From: Ignavibacteriota bacterium
GTDB lineage: Bacteria; Bacteroidota; Ignavibacteria; Palsa-1295
Reading direction: 5' to 3'
Length of the DNA: 64,000 nt
NCBI GenBank assembly: GCA_963787835.1
Contig: CAWBEI010000002.1
Coordinates: 1,056,001 to 1,120,000, forward strand
Both the position numbers and the translations under genes were made by a program. The notes under the pieces were generated by a model that worked only from the letters and a program-made list of their open reading frames with translations, searched no databases and was not told the origin of the DNA. Within the stretch, counting starts at the first letter, position 1, and the number at the start of each line of letters is the position of its first letter. This document shows positions 1-9,706 of this stretch, piece after piece.

Positions 1-2
1 CT

Positions 3-323
3 ATTGCATATCTTGTGATCTTCGTGCATTTTCTGCTTCCATTTGCGCTATTGCTTTCGCGGGATACCAAGCGCAGCGCCAAGCGGCTTGTTCCGGTTGC
101 CGCACTGCTATTTATCATGCGGATCGTGGATCTGTACTGGCTTATCGAGCCGAATTGGCACCGAGAAGAATTCTTTTTTAGCTGGGCCGATGTTGCGGCA
201 CCGCTCGGCTTTGCCGGCCTATTCCTTTGGCTGTGGGTCTGGCAATATAAGAAACGCGGTATGCTTCCAACCGGCGAGCCGGATCTCGCTGAGGCGCTTC
301 ATCCGAAAGGAGCACATTCCTAA
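3..323 (+). CDS. C-terminal part of alternative complex III membrane subunit (ActF-like), truncated by window start
   Basis: Open frame from position 3; hydrophobic 'LLPFALLLSR..KR...DLYWLIEP' segment typical of ActF; directly upstream of ActG-like/SCO/cox genes. Confidence 0.7.
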   Translation: MAYLVIFVHFLLPFALLLSRDTKRSAKRLVPVAALLFIMRIVDLYWLIEPNWHREEFFFSWADVAAPLGFAGLFLWLWVWQYKKRGMLPTGEPDLAEALHPKGAHS

Positions 324-460
324 TTAAGAATTGAAAATTAAGAATTAAGAATTTAAGAAAGGATTAGAATTAGGAGAAAAAAACATTTGAGAAACGATGG
401 ATTGGTGATCGACGATCATCGAATTCCAATTCTTAATTTTTAATTCTTAATTGTAAATTG
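322..460. repeat. Inverted arrays of heptamer repeats (AATTAAG-type left, AATTCTT-type right)
   Basis: 322-353 taattaag aattgaa aattaag aattaag aatttaag; 428-460 aattctt aattttt aattctt aattgta aattg; arms are reverse complements around a ~75 nt spacer. Confidence 0.85.
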
Positions 461-462
461 AC

Positions 463-1071
463 ATGAGCGGCCATAACACACACGAGCACGATCCGAAACG
501 CGAGCAGGAACTCGCGGAGGAACTCGCTCGCGCCAAAGAAATTGGGCACGAAACGGGCGAGATCAATCCCGCGCCGGTCTATAAGTTCATGCTCTGGCTC
601 GGCGCGTTCATGGTGTTTTCCTATTTCCTCGTCTATGGCATTCTAAAGATGAATGACCACCGAGTCGAGAAGGAAGATCAGATCAAAACACATCTTTCAC
701 AATCGAAGTCCGATGAGCTTCCGCCATCTCCGCGGATGCCACTGATGCCTGGCTCGGAGGCGCACCCTCTTGATGAGGGCGTCCAGTATCGCGATTCCGT
801 AACGGCTATACTCGAATCGTATGGGTATCTGAACAAGACCACTGGCTCGGTGCGTATCCCGATCGATCTCGCCAAAGAAGTGCTTTTGAAAAAAGGTTTA
901 CCGGTTCGCGCGGGCGCAACCGAGGACGATGGCCGTATTATGGTTCCAGACTGGTCCAGCTCGGGGCGTGTTTCCGTTCGCCGAGACCAGCGCATCCCCG
1001 GCGAAACATTCACTGTCACCGGTGGAAACATAAACGTTAATGATACCACGGGAGGGATCGGAGCACAATGA
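463..1071 (+). CDS. ACIII/oxidase-associated membrane-anchored protein (ActG-like)
   Basis: One N-terminal TM helix, 'P.PR', 'YGYL..TGSVRIPIDLA..LL.KGLP' motif; position between ActF-like and SCO genes. Confidence 0.6.
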   Translation: MSGHNTHEHDPKREQELAEELARAKEIGHETGEINPAPVYKFMLWLGAFMVFSYFLVYGILKMNDHRVEKEDQIKTHLSQSKSDELPPSPRMPLMPGSEAHPLDEGVQYRDSVTAILESYGYLNKTTGSVRIPIDLAKEVLLKKGLPVRAGATEDDGRIMVPDWSSSGRVSVRRDQRIPGETFTVTGGNINVNDTTGGIGAQ

Positions 1072-1928
1072 AGCACTACATGGTCATCGTGATCGCGTGT
1101 GTCGTGAGCCTTGCTTGCATCAAGGACGCTTACGCTAGCGATGCGCCATTTTTTAAAGGCGATGTACAAGCACCGGCCGTTCAGCAAGGATTGCCGAAAA
1201 TAGAAAAGAATGTTGGGATCGATCAGCATTTGGGGCAGCAAGTAACGCTCGGCTTGCCCGTTCGCGATGAGAACGGGACGAAAACGACACTGGGATCTTA
1301 TTTTGGCAAACGCCCGGTCATTCTTGTAATGGCCTATTACGAATGCCCGAATCTTTGCACGATGGTCATGAATGGTGTTTTTGCCGGCATGATGCCGCTA
1401 TCCTTCGTGGCCGGCAAGGATTACGATGTGGTATCGGTGAGCATCAACCCGCATGATTCCTCCGCGCTTGCATTGCAGAAGAAAAATACCTATCTCAAGG
1501 GCTATCACCAGATGGACCATGCCGATGGTTACCATTTTCTGACAGCCGACGAGAGCACGATCGAACAGCTTTGCAAGGAAGTCGGCTTTCGGTATTCCTA
1601 CGATACGGAATCGCATCAGTTCGCACACGCAAGCGGAATTATGATCCTAACGCCGGATGGTAAACTATCACGGTACCTTATGGGGGTGGCGTTTGATGGG
1701 AAAGATCTAAAATATTCGCTGATGGACGCTTCTGGGGACAAAATAGGCTCGCTGACGGATAAGCTTGTCCTGTATTGCTATCATTACGATCCCAGCCAAA
1801 GCAAATACGGCCTTGCGATCGCCAACATTTTACGAGCGGGCGGAGTGGCCATTCTTCTTGTGATGGGAGCGATGTTCTATTCGTTTCGCCGTCGTTCGCG
1901 CAAGCTAAAATTAGCGCACCACGCATGA
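1068..1928 (+). CDS. SCO/SenC family copper chaperone
   Basis: 'YYECPNLC' CxxxC motif, conserved His in 'FAHASG', signal peptide, C-terminal TM; ATGA overlaps with both neighbours. Confidence 0.92.
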   Translation: MKHYMVIVIACVVSLACIKDAYASDAPFFKGDVQAPAVQQGLPKIEKNVGIDQHLGQQVTLGLPVRDENGTKTTLGSYFGKRPVILVMAYYECPNLCTMVMNGVFAGMMPLSFVAGKDYDVVSVSINPHDSSALALQKKNTYLKGYHQMDHADGYHFLTADESTIEQLCKEVGFRYSYDTESHQFAHASGIMILTPDGKLSRYLMGVAFDGKDLKYSLMDASGDKIGSLTDKLVLYCYHYDPSQSKYGLAIANILRAGGVAILLVMGAMFYSFRRRSRKLKLAHHA

Positions 1929-3055
1929 TAAGTAAGTTCATATTCGGATCGCCGACGATGCTGGGCATGTCCTGGATGCTGCCGGATCAGGCTTCGAGCT
2001 ACGCGCCCGATGTCGATAACCTCTATTTGTTCTTAGTCGGCCTGACGGTTTTCTTCACGGTGCTGATCGGGGCTGCGATCCTCTTCTTTTTTATTAAGTA
2101 TCGCCGAAGCGCGCATCCCGGAATTCCAAAACCGATCGAGGGGTCGATCATTCTTGAAAGCGCGTGGTCGATCATCCCGTTCATCATCTGCCTTTTTATT
2201 TTTGCGTGGGGCACGAAGATCTATCTGGAGCAATATACAGTTCCCAACGATGGCCTCGATATTTATGTGGTCGGCAAACAATGGATGTGGAAATTCCAAC
2301 ATCCCGAAGGCCAGCGCGAGATCAACGAACTTCATATTCCCGTCGGCAAGAAGATCCGGTTCATCATGGCGACCGAGGATGTGATCCACAGCTTCTACAT
2401 TCCGGCCTTTCGCATGAAGGAGGATGTCGTCCCGGGCCCGAACCGTTATACGACGGTCTGGGCGGAGGCCACGATGACAGGAACCTTCCACATCTTTTGC
2501 GCGGAATATTGCGGTACCAGCCACTCCGGGATGGTCGGCTGGGTGACCGTGATGAGCGATAAAGATTACGAAGCGTGGCTGAGCGGAGGTGCTGCACAAG
2601 GCTCGATGGCCGATCGCGGCGCGGCGCTCTTCCAATCGCTTGGATGTGTTACGTGCCATAAATCGGATGCGCAAGGCCAATGCCCGCGTCTGGAAGGAAA
2701 ATATGGCATCGAAGAATCGGTTCACACGACGTCAAGTCCGGATATATTCAAAGTTCAGGTGGACGATAGCTATATCCGTGAGTCGGTGCTGAGCCCGACG
2801 GCGAAGATCGTTGCGGGGTATCAGCCGATCATGCCATCGTTCCAGGGGCAGGTCAGTGAAGAGCAATTACAGATGCTGATCGCCTATATCAAGTCGATCG
2901 GTTCCGCGCCGACAACCGGGGAATTGAAAGCCGGAGCAGCAAAGGCTGGTACACCGAATGCGGCAACCGAGCGGCCACCCATCCTGACCGGGGAAACAAA
3001 TGCTGCGCAGCCACCATCTGAAAAACAATCACCGGAGCAAAAGTTGAAACCGTGA
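1925..3055 (+). CDS. coxB: Cytochrome c oxidase subunit II with fused C-terminal cytochrome c (caa3 type)
   Basis: CuA ligands 'DVIHSF' and '[12 protein letters not shown]'; heme c motif CVTCH; start chosen at ATG 1925 overlapping the SCO stop (ATGA). Confidence 0.95.
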   Translation: MISKFIFGSPTMLGMSWMLPDQASSYAPDVDNLYLFLVGLTVFFTVLIGAAILFFFIKYRRSAHPGIPKPIEGSIILESAWSIIPFIICLFIFAWGTKIYLEQYTVPNDGLDIYVVGKQWMWKFQHPEGQREINELHIPVGKKIRFIMATEDVIHSFYIPAFRMKEDVVPGPNRYTTVWAEATMTGTFHIFCAEYCGTSHSGMVGWVTVMSDKDYEAWLSGGAAQGSMADRGAALFQSLGCVTCHKSDAQGQCPRLEGKYGIEESVHTTSSPDIFKVQVDDSYIRESVLSPTAKIVAGYQPIMPSFQGQVSEEQLQMLIAYIKSIGSAPTTGELKAGAAKAGTPNAATERPPILTGETNAAQPPSEKQSPEQKLKP

Positions 3056-4716
3056 ACGCAACACAACCAATGGCAATGAGCGCAGAAGCGAACGTCGAAA
3101 CGCTCAATTATTTGAACAACGGCCACGGTTTGAAATCGTGGTTGCTGACGAAGGATCACAAACGTATTGCGATCCTCTATCTTATTTCGGTCGCGTTCTT
3201 TTTTAGCGTGGGCGGCATTTATGCGTTGCTTATCCGCATTAATCTGCTGTCGCCCGCGGGACTGTTCGATCCCGATACGTACAACCGTATTTTCACTACG
3301 CATGGGATCATTATGGTGTTCCTGTTCCTGGTGCCTGCGGTGCCCGCCATTCTTGGGAATTTCCTGCTGCCGATCATGATAGGAGCGAAAGATCTGGCAT
3401 TTCCCAAGATCAATCTTCTGAGTTGGTATTGCTATGTGTTCGCAGGATTATTCTTAGTGATTGCCGTTGTTGCCGGTGGCATCGATACCGGGTGGACGTT
3501 CTACACTCCCTATAGTACGAGCTACTCGAATTCGAATGTGCTGCTGGCCGGTATCGGTATTTTCATTGCCGGATTTTCTTCGATCCTGACCGGAATCAAT
3601 TTCATCGTAACGGTGCATACAATGCGCGCGCCGGGCATGACGTGGTTCCGGTTGCCGCTCTTTATTTGGGCGCATTATGCGACGGCGCTTGTCATTATGC
3701 TTGGTACGCCGGTTCTTGCGATCACGGTTGCGCTGATGGCCTTCGAGCGCATCACGCATGTCGGGATTTTCGATCCGGCGATGGGCGGCGATCCGGTGCT
3801 GTTCCAGCACATGTTCTGGTTCTATTCGCATCCGGCGGTGTATATCATGGTGTTGCCGGCAATGGGGGTGGTCTCCGAGCTTGTCGCGAATATGTCGCGA
3901 AAGAATATCTTCGGCTACAAATTCATTGCGATGTCCAGCCTGGCGATTGCAGTGTTCGGGTTCCTGGTATGGGGACATCATCTCTTCGTGGCCACGCAGT
4001 CAGTTTATCTTGGGATCATCTTTTCATTCTTAAGTTACGCGGTCGCTATTCCATCGGCTATTAAAGTGTTCAACTGGACGGCTACGCTGTATCGGGGTTC
4101 CATCTCCTACGATACTCCGATGCTCTACGCGCTCGGCTTTATCTTCCTGTTCCTCATCGGCGGATTGACCGGGCTCTTCCTTGCGGCGCTTGGTATCGAT
4201 GTTCATGTAACCGATACCTATTTCGTGATCGCGCACTTCCATTATGTGATGGTCGGCGGTTCGCTCATGGGATTTTTAGGCGGCATGCATTTGTGGTGGA
4301 GCAAAATGACGGGCCGCATGTATCCGGAAATGTGGGCGCGTGTAGCGACGATCGTTCAGTTCGTGGGATTCAACCTGACGTTCTTCCCGCAATTCATTCT
4401 GGGCTATTTGGGAATGCCGCGCCGTTATGCGGCGTATCCGCCGGAGTTCCAGGTGCTGCATGTGCTTTCGACAGCAGGCGCGAGCATTCTCGGTTTTGGC
4501 GTGATGATCACGATCGTGTATTTCCTCTGGTCGTTGAAGAATGGCAAACGTGCTCCTGCAAATCCGTGGGGCGCGCCGGGGCTGGAGTGGCGCATTGCTT
4601 CGCCGCCGCCGACCGAGAACTTTCTTGAAATGCCGGTCGTCACCTGGGAAGCCTACGATTTTTCTTCCGTACCGGAATTACAGAACGAAGCGGCGGCAGC
4701 GATCAGCGAGGGATAA
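3052..4716 (+). CDS. coxA: Cytochrome c oxidase subunit I (type A2 heme-copper oxidase)
   Basis: 'DHKRI', 'GWTFY', '[10 protein letters not shown]' (YS motif of A2 enzymes), 'WGHH', 'AHFHY', 'GMPRRY'. Confidence 0.97.
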   Translation: MNATQPMAMSAEANVETLNYLNNGHGLKSWLLTKDHKRIAILYLISVAFFFSVGGIYALLIRINLLSPAGLFDPDTYNRIFTTHGIIMVFLFLVPAVPAILGNFLLPIMIGAKDLAFPKINLLSWYCYVFAGLFLVIAVVAGGIDTGWTFYTPYSTSYSNSNVLLAGIGIFIAGFSSILTGINFIVTVHTMRAPGMTWFRLPLFIWAHYATALVIMLGTPVLAITVALMAFERITHVGIFDPAMGGDPVLFQHMFWFYSHPAVYIMVLPAMGVVSELVANMSRKNIFGYKFIAMSSLAIAVFGFLVWGHHLFVATQSVYLGIIFSFLSYAVAIPSAIKVFNWTATLYRGSISYDTPMLYALGFIFLFLIGGLTGLFLAALGIDVHVTDTYFVIAHFHYVMVGGSLMGFLGGMHLWWSKMTGRMYPEMWARVATIVQFVGFNLTFFPQFILGYLGMPRRYAAYPPEFQVLHVLSTAGASILGFGVMITIVYFLWSLKNGKRAPANPWGAPGLEWRIASPPPTENFLEMPVVTWEAYDFSSVPELQNEAAAAISEG

Positions 4717-4742
4717 TACGTTAACAGTAAATAGGTAAGAAG

Positions 4743-5630
4743 TTGTCAACCACAGAAACACAGATGGCACACGAACCAGAGGCGGGACACGCGGATCACA
4801 CTCCGGGTCTGGCGCATCACTTCGATTCCATGCCGCAGCAGCGCGAGGCTGGTACGCTCGGCATGTGGTGGTTCCTGCTGACGGAGATCATGTTCTTCGG
4901 CGGGATGATGCTTGCCTATACCGTCTATCGCCACATGTATTTCGATGCGTTCGCTGCCGGGAGTAATGTGCTGAGCATCTGGTGGGGCGCATTCAACACG
5001 GCGGTGCTGATCGGAAGCAGTCTTACGATGGCGCTTGCGGTGTGGCACGCGCAGCATGGGAACTCCAAAAAGATCGTGTTCTTTATTCTGTTCACCATCG
5101 TGCTGGGAAGCATCTTTTTGCGCGTGAAGTATATCGAGTATCACGATAAGTTCACCGAGCATGTGTTCCCCGCCGGGGATTTCCGCTGGCCGATCGCGCA
5201 TGAGTCGAACCGGCCGAATAATTTTGGCGATCTGCTGGGAATGCTCGTCGGTGTCGAGCATTTGAATGGCGAGAACGAGCCATCGGCTGCTACTGAAAAA
5301 CCTGCAACACCGGAAACCGCAACAACCGCTGCAGTAAAAGCCACACCGTATGGCCTGGGTGGCATTACTCCGGAAGAGGTTCAGGATCAAGCCAATTCCG
5401 GGCATGTGCGCATGTATTTTTGGCTGTATTTTGCCATGACCGGGTTCCATGCGCTGCACATGATCATCGGTATCGGGCTGCTATTAGTGCTCGCGTGGCA
5501 GGCGAACCGAGGAAAGTTTACGAAGGAATATCATTCCTACATCGAGCTGACGGGACTCTATTGGCACTTCGTCGATATTGTATGGATCTTCCTGTTCCCG
5601 CTGCTCTATTTAGTCGATAGGCACTTATAA
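4743..5630 (+). CDS. coxC: Cytochrome c oxidase subunit III
   Basis: '[15 protein letters not shown]', 'TGFHALHM', '[11 protein letters not shown]'; start TTG 4743 or ATG 4764. Confidence 0.95.
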   Translation: MSTTETQMAHEPEAGHADHTPGLAHHFDSMPQQREAGTLGMWWFLLTEIMFFGGMMLAYTVYRHMYFDAFAAGSNVLSIWWGAFNTAVLIGSSLTMALAVWHAQHGNSKKIVFFILFTIVLGSIFLRVKYIEYHDKFTEHVFPAGDFRWPIAHESNRPNNFGDLLGMLVGVEHLNGENEPSAATEKPATPETATTAAVKATPYGLGGITPEEVQDQANSGHVRMYFWLYFAMTGFHALHMIIGIGLLLVLAWQANRGKFTKEYHSYIELTGLYWHFVDIVWIFLFPLLYLVDRHL

Positions 5631-5700
5631 AAGTGCTGGTAGTGCTAAAGTGCTGAGTGCTAAGAAGCTCAGCACTTTAGCACTCAGCACTTTAGCACTT
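5631..5700. repeat. Inverted arrays of AGTGCT(A/G) units forming a hairpin between coxC and coxD
   Basis: aagtgctg..agtgctaaagtgctgagtgcta versus ctcagcactttagcactcagcactttagcactt. Confidence 0.9.
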
Positions 5701-5706
5701 TCTCCT

Positions 5707-6003
5707 ATGTCAGAACACATCGTACCGAAAAAAACGTATTACCTCATCTTCAGCGCGCTCATGGTGGGCACGGCGCTGACGGTTATGTTCGCGTTCATCA
5801 ATCTTGGCAATTTCAATATTGTGGCCGCACTTGCCATTGCCATCATCAAGGCGACTCTGGTGGTTCTGTTCTTCATGCACGTCAAGTATTCTTCCCGGCT
5901 TACGAAGCTGTGGGTGGTCGTTGGGTTTGTGTGGCTTGGCATTATGCTTTCGATCACCATGACGGATTATCTCAGCAGGGCGTGGTTGGTGTATAAGCCG
6001 TAA
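5707..6003 (+). CDS. coxD: Cytochrome c oxidase subunit IV
   Basis: Three TM helices, 'AIIKATLVVLFFMHVKY'; ATG 5707 preferred because the upstream extension is translated repeat. Confidence 0.92.
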   Translation: MSEHIVPKKTYYLIFSALMVGTALTVMFAFINLGNFNIVAALAIAIIKATLVVLFFMHVKYSSRLTKLWVVVGFVWLGIMLSITMTDYLSRAWLVYKP

Positions 6004-6044
6004 GGTAAGTTTCTGTTTAGACTACAGTCTTAATTGATACCTAC

Positions 6045-6599
6045 TTAAGAAGCTTCCAGAATCTCTTTCTTAATCATTATCACTGCGGACTCGAAGGCTG
6101 TCCACAGTGAGTCGAACGATGCGAAGATGGTATTTAAGTTAGATGCATTTAAGGCGATGTGAGCACCGCTCAGAGGACCATGGGCAGCTTTCGGGTGTAT
6201 ATGAGGGCCGCATTTATATTGAAATTTTGCACCTAGCTTATAGAGCTGTGGATCGCAATGAAGGGCAAGATATTCCTTCTCCTCTGGGTCAGGCCGACGG
6301 ATAGTTTCATATAGATGTAAGTAACACTTTTCAAGTTTCCATTTCGATTCCGTATAAGGAACCCAAACTTCAAAGAAGCCAGCACGATAAAGTGCATTGA
6401 GACTCTTGAAACGCCAATCCCTGAAGTGGTCGTCGGGCTTGCTGCCTTGAAAAGCTGCAAGAGTATAGGTGCTTCCATTTAAAGCTCTCGCAACAGCAGG
6501 TGCCTGGCGCTCTGGCGCAAGTGTGCTAAGAACTTTTCGAATCGCGGTCGAACGCTTTGACAGATCAGCTTCCGACAATATTATAGTACTCATTGTCAT
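6045..6599 (-). CDS. Hypothetical protein with His motifs (HCDP...GPHIH...AHIAL), coupled to the methyltransferase
   Basis: 184-aa ORF overlapping the 3' end of the methyltransferase; a GGGGA SD-like sequence favours the ATG at 6593. Confidence 0.7.
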   Translation of the reverse strand: MTMSTIILSEADLSKRSTAIRKVLSTLAPERQAPAVARALNGSTYTLAAFQGSKPDDHFRDWRFKSLNALYRAGFFEVWVPYTESKWKLEKCYLHLYETIRRPDPEEKEYLALHCDPQLYKLGAKFQYKCGPHIHPKAAHGPLSGAHIALNASNLNTIFASFDSLWTAFESAVIMIKKEILEAS

Positions 6600-9210
6600 C
6601 CCCGATTCGAAGTAAGTTCCGTTCTTCTTTGCTTAGCCCGTAGATGTCAGCAATAATAATGTTAAGTTTTTTATCAAGTGCTTCTGCAATGGAACTCGCC
6701 GGCCTAGCCTTCAACCTTAGATCGACTAATTGTATAATTGCCGAAAATGCGTGGGGCGAAATCTTTGCTGGGTCTGGCACAGGAATGCTTTTTAGCCCCA
6801 TAGGTTCTAATTTTAAGTAACCGGCCCTGTATTTATGGAGATGTGTAGCCATGTACCAGTAGGAAACCGTCGAGTTCAAAATTGCAAGAAAATATTTCAA
6901 CATGTCGGAGTCACCTTCCCCAGCCTTAGGATAGAGTATAGGTGAATGAGAAGTAGCATATTTGCCTGAGGTATCAATACTGAACTTCGGCAGAAGCACT
7001 AGATGGGGTGAGACAAGTTTTGGGCGCATCATATTCTGTGGCAACCTTGGCCAAAGCGGCTGCCACCAAGGAATATTCTTGTTTTTTGCGCTCTTCCTAT
7101 CAGCTAGTGCCTTCCTGTTAGATTTCAGATAATCCCATGTTTTGGTATACTTCTTCAATTCAGACTCATTCAGCAATACACCATCCTTGAATGGATAAAA
7201 AACGTTTGTGTTGGTCTTTCGCGGCACTGTCCATCCCTGCATCGTTCTATCTGGCAAATAGGGAACAAATAGACTCTCTTCTCCTCGCGGGATGTCTTTG
7301 GTGTCCATTATAAAAATCTTGTCGGCCCCCGTAATAAATCCTTCTCGTATCACTAAAAAATCTTCAAGGCGTGGTAACCCGGACATTTTGAGATCAAGAG
7401 CAGATTCGGATGAAGAAAGCAAGTGCCATTCTTGTCTTTCAAAAGTCTTTTGATCTACTGCGTATACTTGAAAGAATGAATTTTCCTCTTCCTTTCCTTC
7501 AAGGATATTTTGTAATGCCTGACCAACTAAATCACCGCACTTAGCAATGATAGCTCTTTCGGGAAGCTGATGAGCATGCTTTCGCTGAAATATTAAGAGT
7601 ATGACGTAAGTTCCCAGATTTTCGAAGACTGGTATAGACGTCAAATCGACGATGCAAGTAATCCAGCAGCGCTCAACCAAATATTTGCGTAACGGTTCGG
7701 CGCTCTTGTTTAATAGGAAGTCATGTGGAATGACAAACAGTCCATAGCCTCCGGGTGATAATAGGTCAATCGCTGCCTTTAGAAAAGCCTGATATAGGTT
7801 TGTTCTTCCCTGAGACTCCTTTCCAAGGAATGACACGAGCCTCGCGCGCGCTTCTTCAGGCAAAGCATCGTCACGAATATATGGGGGATTGCTAATTATT
7901 ACATCCGTTGATCCTTCTTGGAGAGAAGAGAATGCTTCAAGAAGATCGGCATTCTTAATGTTGAGTGCATCTGGTAGCTGGTTTCTAAGAGTAAGGTGCA
8001 GCAATGCGAGGGACAGTCTTGCGGCTTCACATGCGCTCGGGTCTATATCTATCCCGGCCGTATTAGCAAAAGCAACTGAAACAATTTCAGTATTAAACCC
8101 AGTTTGTCCAGGATCACACTGTAATTCTAAAATAGTCCGCAAGAACATTCCCGAACCGCATGACGGATCAAGAACGCGCAACTTCCGATAAATAATTTGC
8201 GGGTATTTCGATTGCAGATATTTTGCAAAAAAGCGAGCTACATAGTGCGGAGTGTAGACATTCCCTTTTTCCCAATGCTCTTCAGGCGTAACGCCAAACA
8301 TGGCAAACTGTGCGGAGTCTGGTTCTCGAAGAAGCGAAATATAATGCTCATAAATTCTGCTTAGAGCATGTTTTGAAATCAGAGAAAAATCATATCTATA
8401 TGGAGCGAATCTATTACGATAGAAGTCCTTGAAAAGCGACTGAATCGTTTCAAAAGGTATTGAGTCAAACGGCTCCAGGTGACTCAAGTTCAACAAATAA
8501 CTTGGCAATTCTGGATGCCCCAATTGCGCGAGCTTTTGTTTGAAGAAGTTTCCCAGTCCTCCAGAGTGTTCCCCTGTAAGGAGAAGCGATGGTTGTCCAG
8601 GGTTCTGCGAGCTTATTCCTGCAAGTGCATTGTAGTGGTCCTCGAGCGCTCTTATAAAAATCACTGCATTGAAAAGTGTGGAGAGTTGGATATTAGTCAC
8701 ATTTGCTTCTGCGGCTAAACTTCTCTTCCAGAACGAGATTGTCCTTATTAGAGAGGCATCTAGGGCTGGGAAATTAGGACTTGGGCTCTTCCCGGTAATT
8801 TTGTCGAAAGATTCACCTCGAAGCAAATCGAGTCGATTGCGCGAGATTCGAAAAGTGTCGAATGCGTTGTAGGTGCTTCGTCGATTGAATACATAAGACA
8901 CCTCCTCCGGCTCAACATATATATGCCAGTCTACTAAGTTATTGTATGAAAGTGAAAGCAGCTCTGCCTTCTGCGAAGAAGCGAGTTCCGAATAACGGAT
9001 ATTTTGTGATAGGAACGTTATTACCGCGCTGTTCTCAAGTCCATGCTCAACAATAAGATGATAACTACCAAAATCTTCAATATTGATCTTAATAAGTGGA
9101 CCGCTGGGTTGCCATCCAAGCTCGTGTGAAAAATCATTCAATAGCCGCACAGCTTCGACATCCCCTGCGTTTCCGCTCGTTAGCCTCAGGATGATGTCAT
9201 ATTGATCCAT
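6565..9210 (-). CDS. N6-adenine DNA methyltransferase, type IIG/Eco57I-TaqI-like architecture
   Basis: 'VYTP', motif I 'VLDPSCGSGMFL', 'GIDID', motif IV 'ISNPPY', TaqI-like C-terminal 'YFLAILNS...IPVP...IADIYGLS.EE'. Confidence 0.9.
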   Translation of the reverse strand: MDQYDIILRLTSGNAGDVEAVRLLNDFSHELGWQPSGPLIKINIEDFGSYHLIVEHGLENSAVITFLSQNIRYSELASSQKAELLSLSYNNLVDWHIYVEPEEVSYVFNRRSTYNAFDTFRISRNRLDLLRGESFDKITGKSPSPNFPALDASLIRTISFWKRSLAAEANVTNIQLSTLFNAVIFIRALEDHYNALAGISSQNPGQPSLLLTGEHSGGLGNFFKQKLAQLGHPELPSYLLNLSHLEPFDSIPFETIQSLFKDFYRNRFAPYRYDFSLISKHALSRIYEHYISLLREPDSAQFAMFGVTPEEHWEKGNVYTPHYVARFFAKYLQSKYPQIIYRKLRVLDPSCGSGMFLRTILELQCDPGQTGFNTEIVSVAFANTAGIDIDPSACEAARLSLALLHLTLRNQLPDALNIKNADLLEAFSSLQEGSTDVIISNPPYIRDDALPEEARARLVSFLGKESQGRTNLYQAFLKAAIDLLSPGGYGLFVIPHDFLLNKSAEPLRKYLVERCWITCIVDLTSIPVFENLGTYVILLIFQRKHAHQLPERAIIAKCGDLVGQALQNILEGKEEENSFFQVYAVDQKTFERQEWHLLSSSESALDLKMSGLPRLEDFLVIREGFITGADKIFIMDTKDIPRGEESLFVPYLPDRTMQGWTVPRKTNTNVFYPFKDGVLLNESELKKYTKTWDYLKSNRKALADRKSAKNKNIPWWQPLWPRLPQNMMRPKLVSPHLVLLPKFSIDTSGKYATSHSPILYPKAGEGDSDMLKYFLAILNSTVSYWYMATHLHKYRAGYLKLEPMGLKSIPVPDPAKISPHAFSAIIQLVDLRLKARPASSIAEALDKKLNIIIADIYGLSKEERNLLRIGDDNEYYNIVGS

Positions 9211-9323
9211 AATTATGCAATTATACGGTACTTTGGATACAAAAACAAGCCTTCTTCCAAAATTGTTAGCAAGCTTTTTCGAATGTTCAAAGTTATTCCT
9301 GTCACCCCCTTCCGGTCAAGGGC

Positions 9324-9695
9324 AAATTCGTTTTTCATGGCAGGTACAATAATTGTCGTATATTAGAGCGTGATATTAAAGGCACCTATTTCTGAAAGAA
9401 CAAACAGTGCATAAGTTCATGAAAGAAACAGGTGAGTTCATTAAATGACAATTCAATTGATTACAACGGGCACCTATTCTTGGGGAAAGGATGAAGGATG
9501 GACCACGATTCACAGGTTTTTTGGGATTAGGGAAGGATGGGGAGTTCGTTGAAAATAGAGTTAAGCCATTAGGTTTCGGCATGAACGAGTTCTTCATGAA
9601 AGAAAATATGCCTTTCTTTTGGAACAAATGGCGAAATTAGCTCGGAAACGAAGGTGGATCGGGAACTCACAAGAAAAAGAAATGGCACCTATTTC
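9324..9695 (+). repeat. Copy 1 of a dispersed modular non-coding element with putative promoter
   Basis: TGTCGTATATTAG (9354-9366), GGCACCTAT at 9381, 9469 and 9684, modules 9435-9500 and 9543-9560 all match the reverse complement of 36593-36849. Confidence 0.8.
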
Positions 9696-9706
9696 AGAAT
9701 GAAAGC

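Noticed and set aside
5650-5706. N-terminal extension of coxD (LSTLALSTLAL) and the similar extension of lgt (25827-25889)
   Set aside because: These are translations of repeat arrays; downstream ATGs match the normal family starts
6565-9210. BREX PglX, DISARM or type I HsdM assignment
   Set aside because: No partner genes (brxC/pglZ, drmAB, hsdR/hsdS) adjacent
9435-9494. Conserved peptide (SSLNDNSI..NGHL) encoded by module A in both element copies
   Set aside because: No shared start codon and a 1-nt indel between copies; cannot support a CDS, although a decayed gene is not excluded
9376-9700. CRISPR-like array from the recurring GGCACCTAT
   Set aside because: Repeat is only 9-12 bp, spacing is irregular (88 and 215 nt) and there are no cas genes
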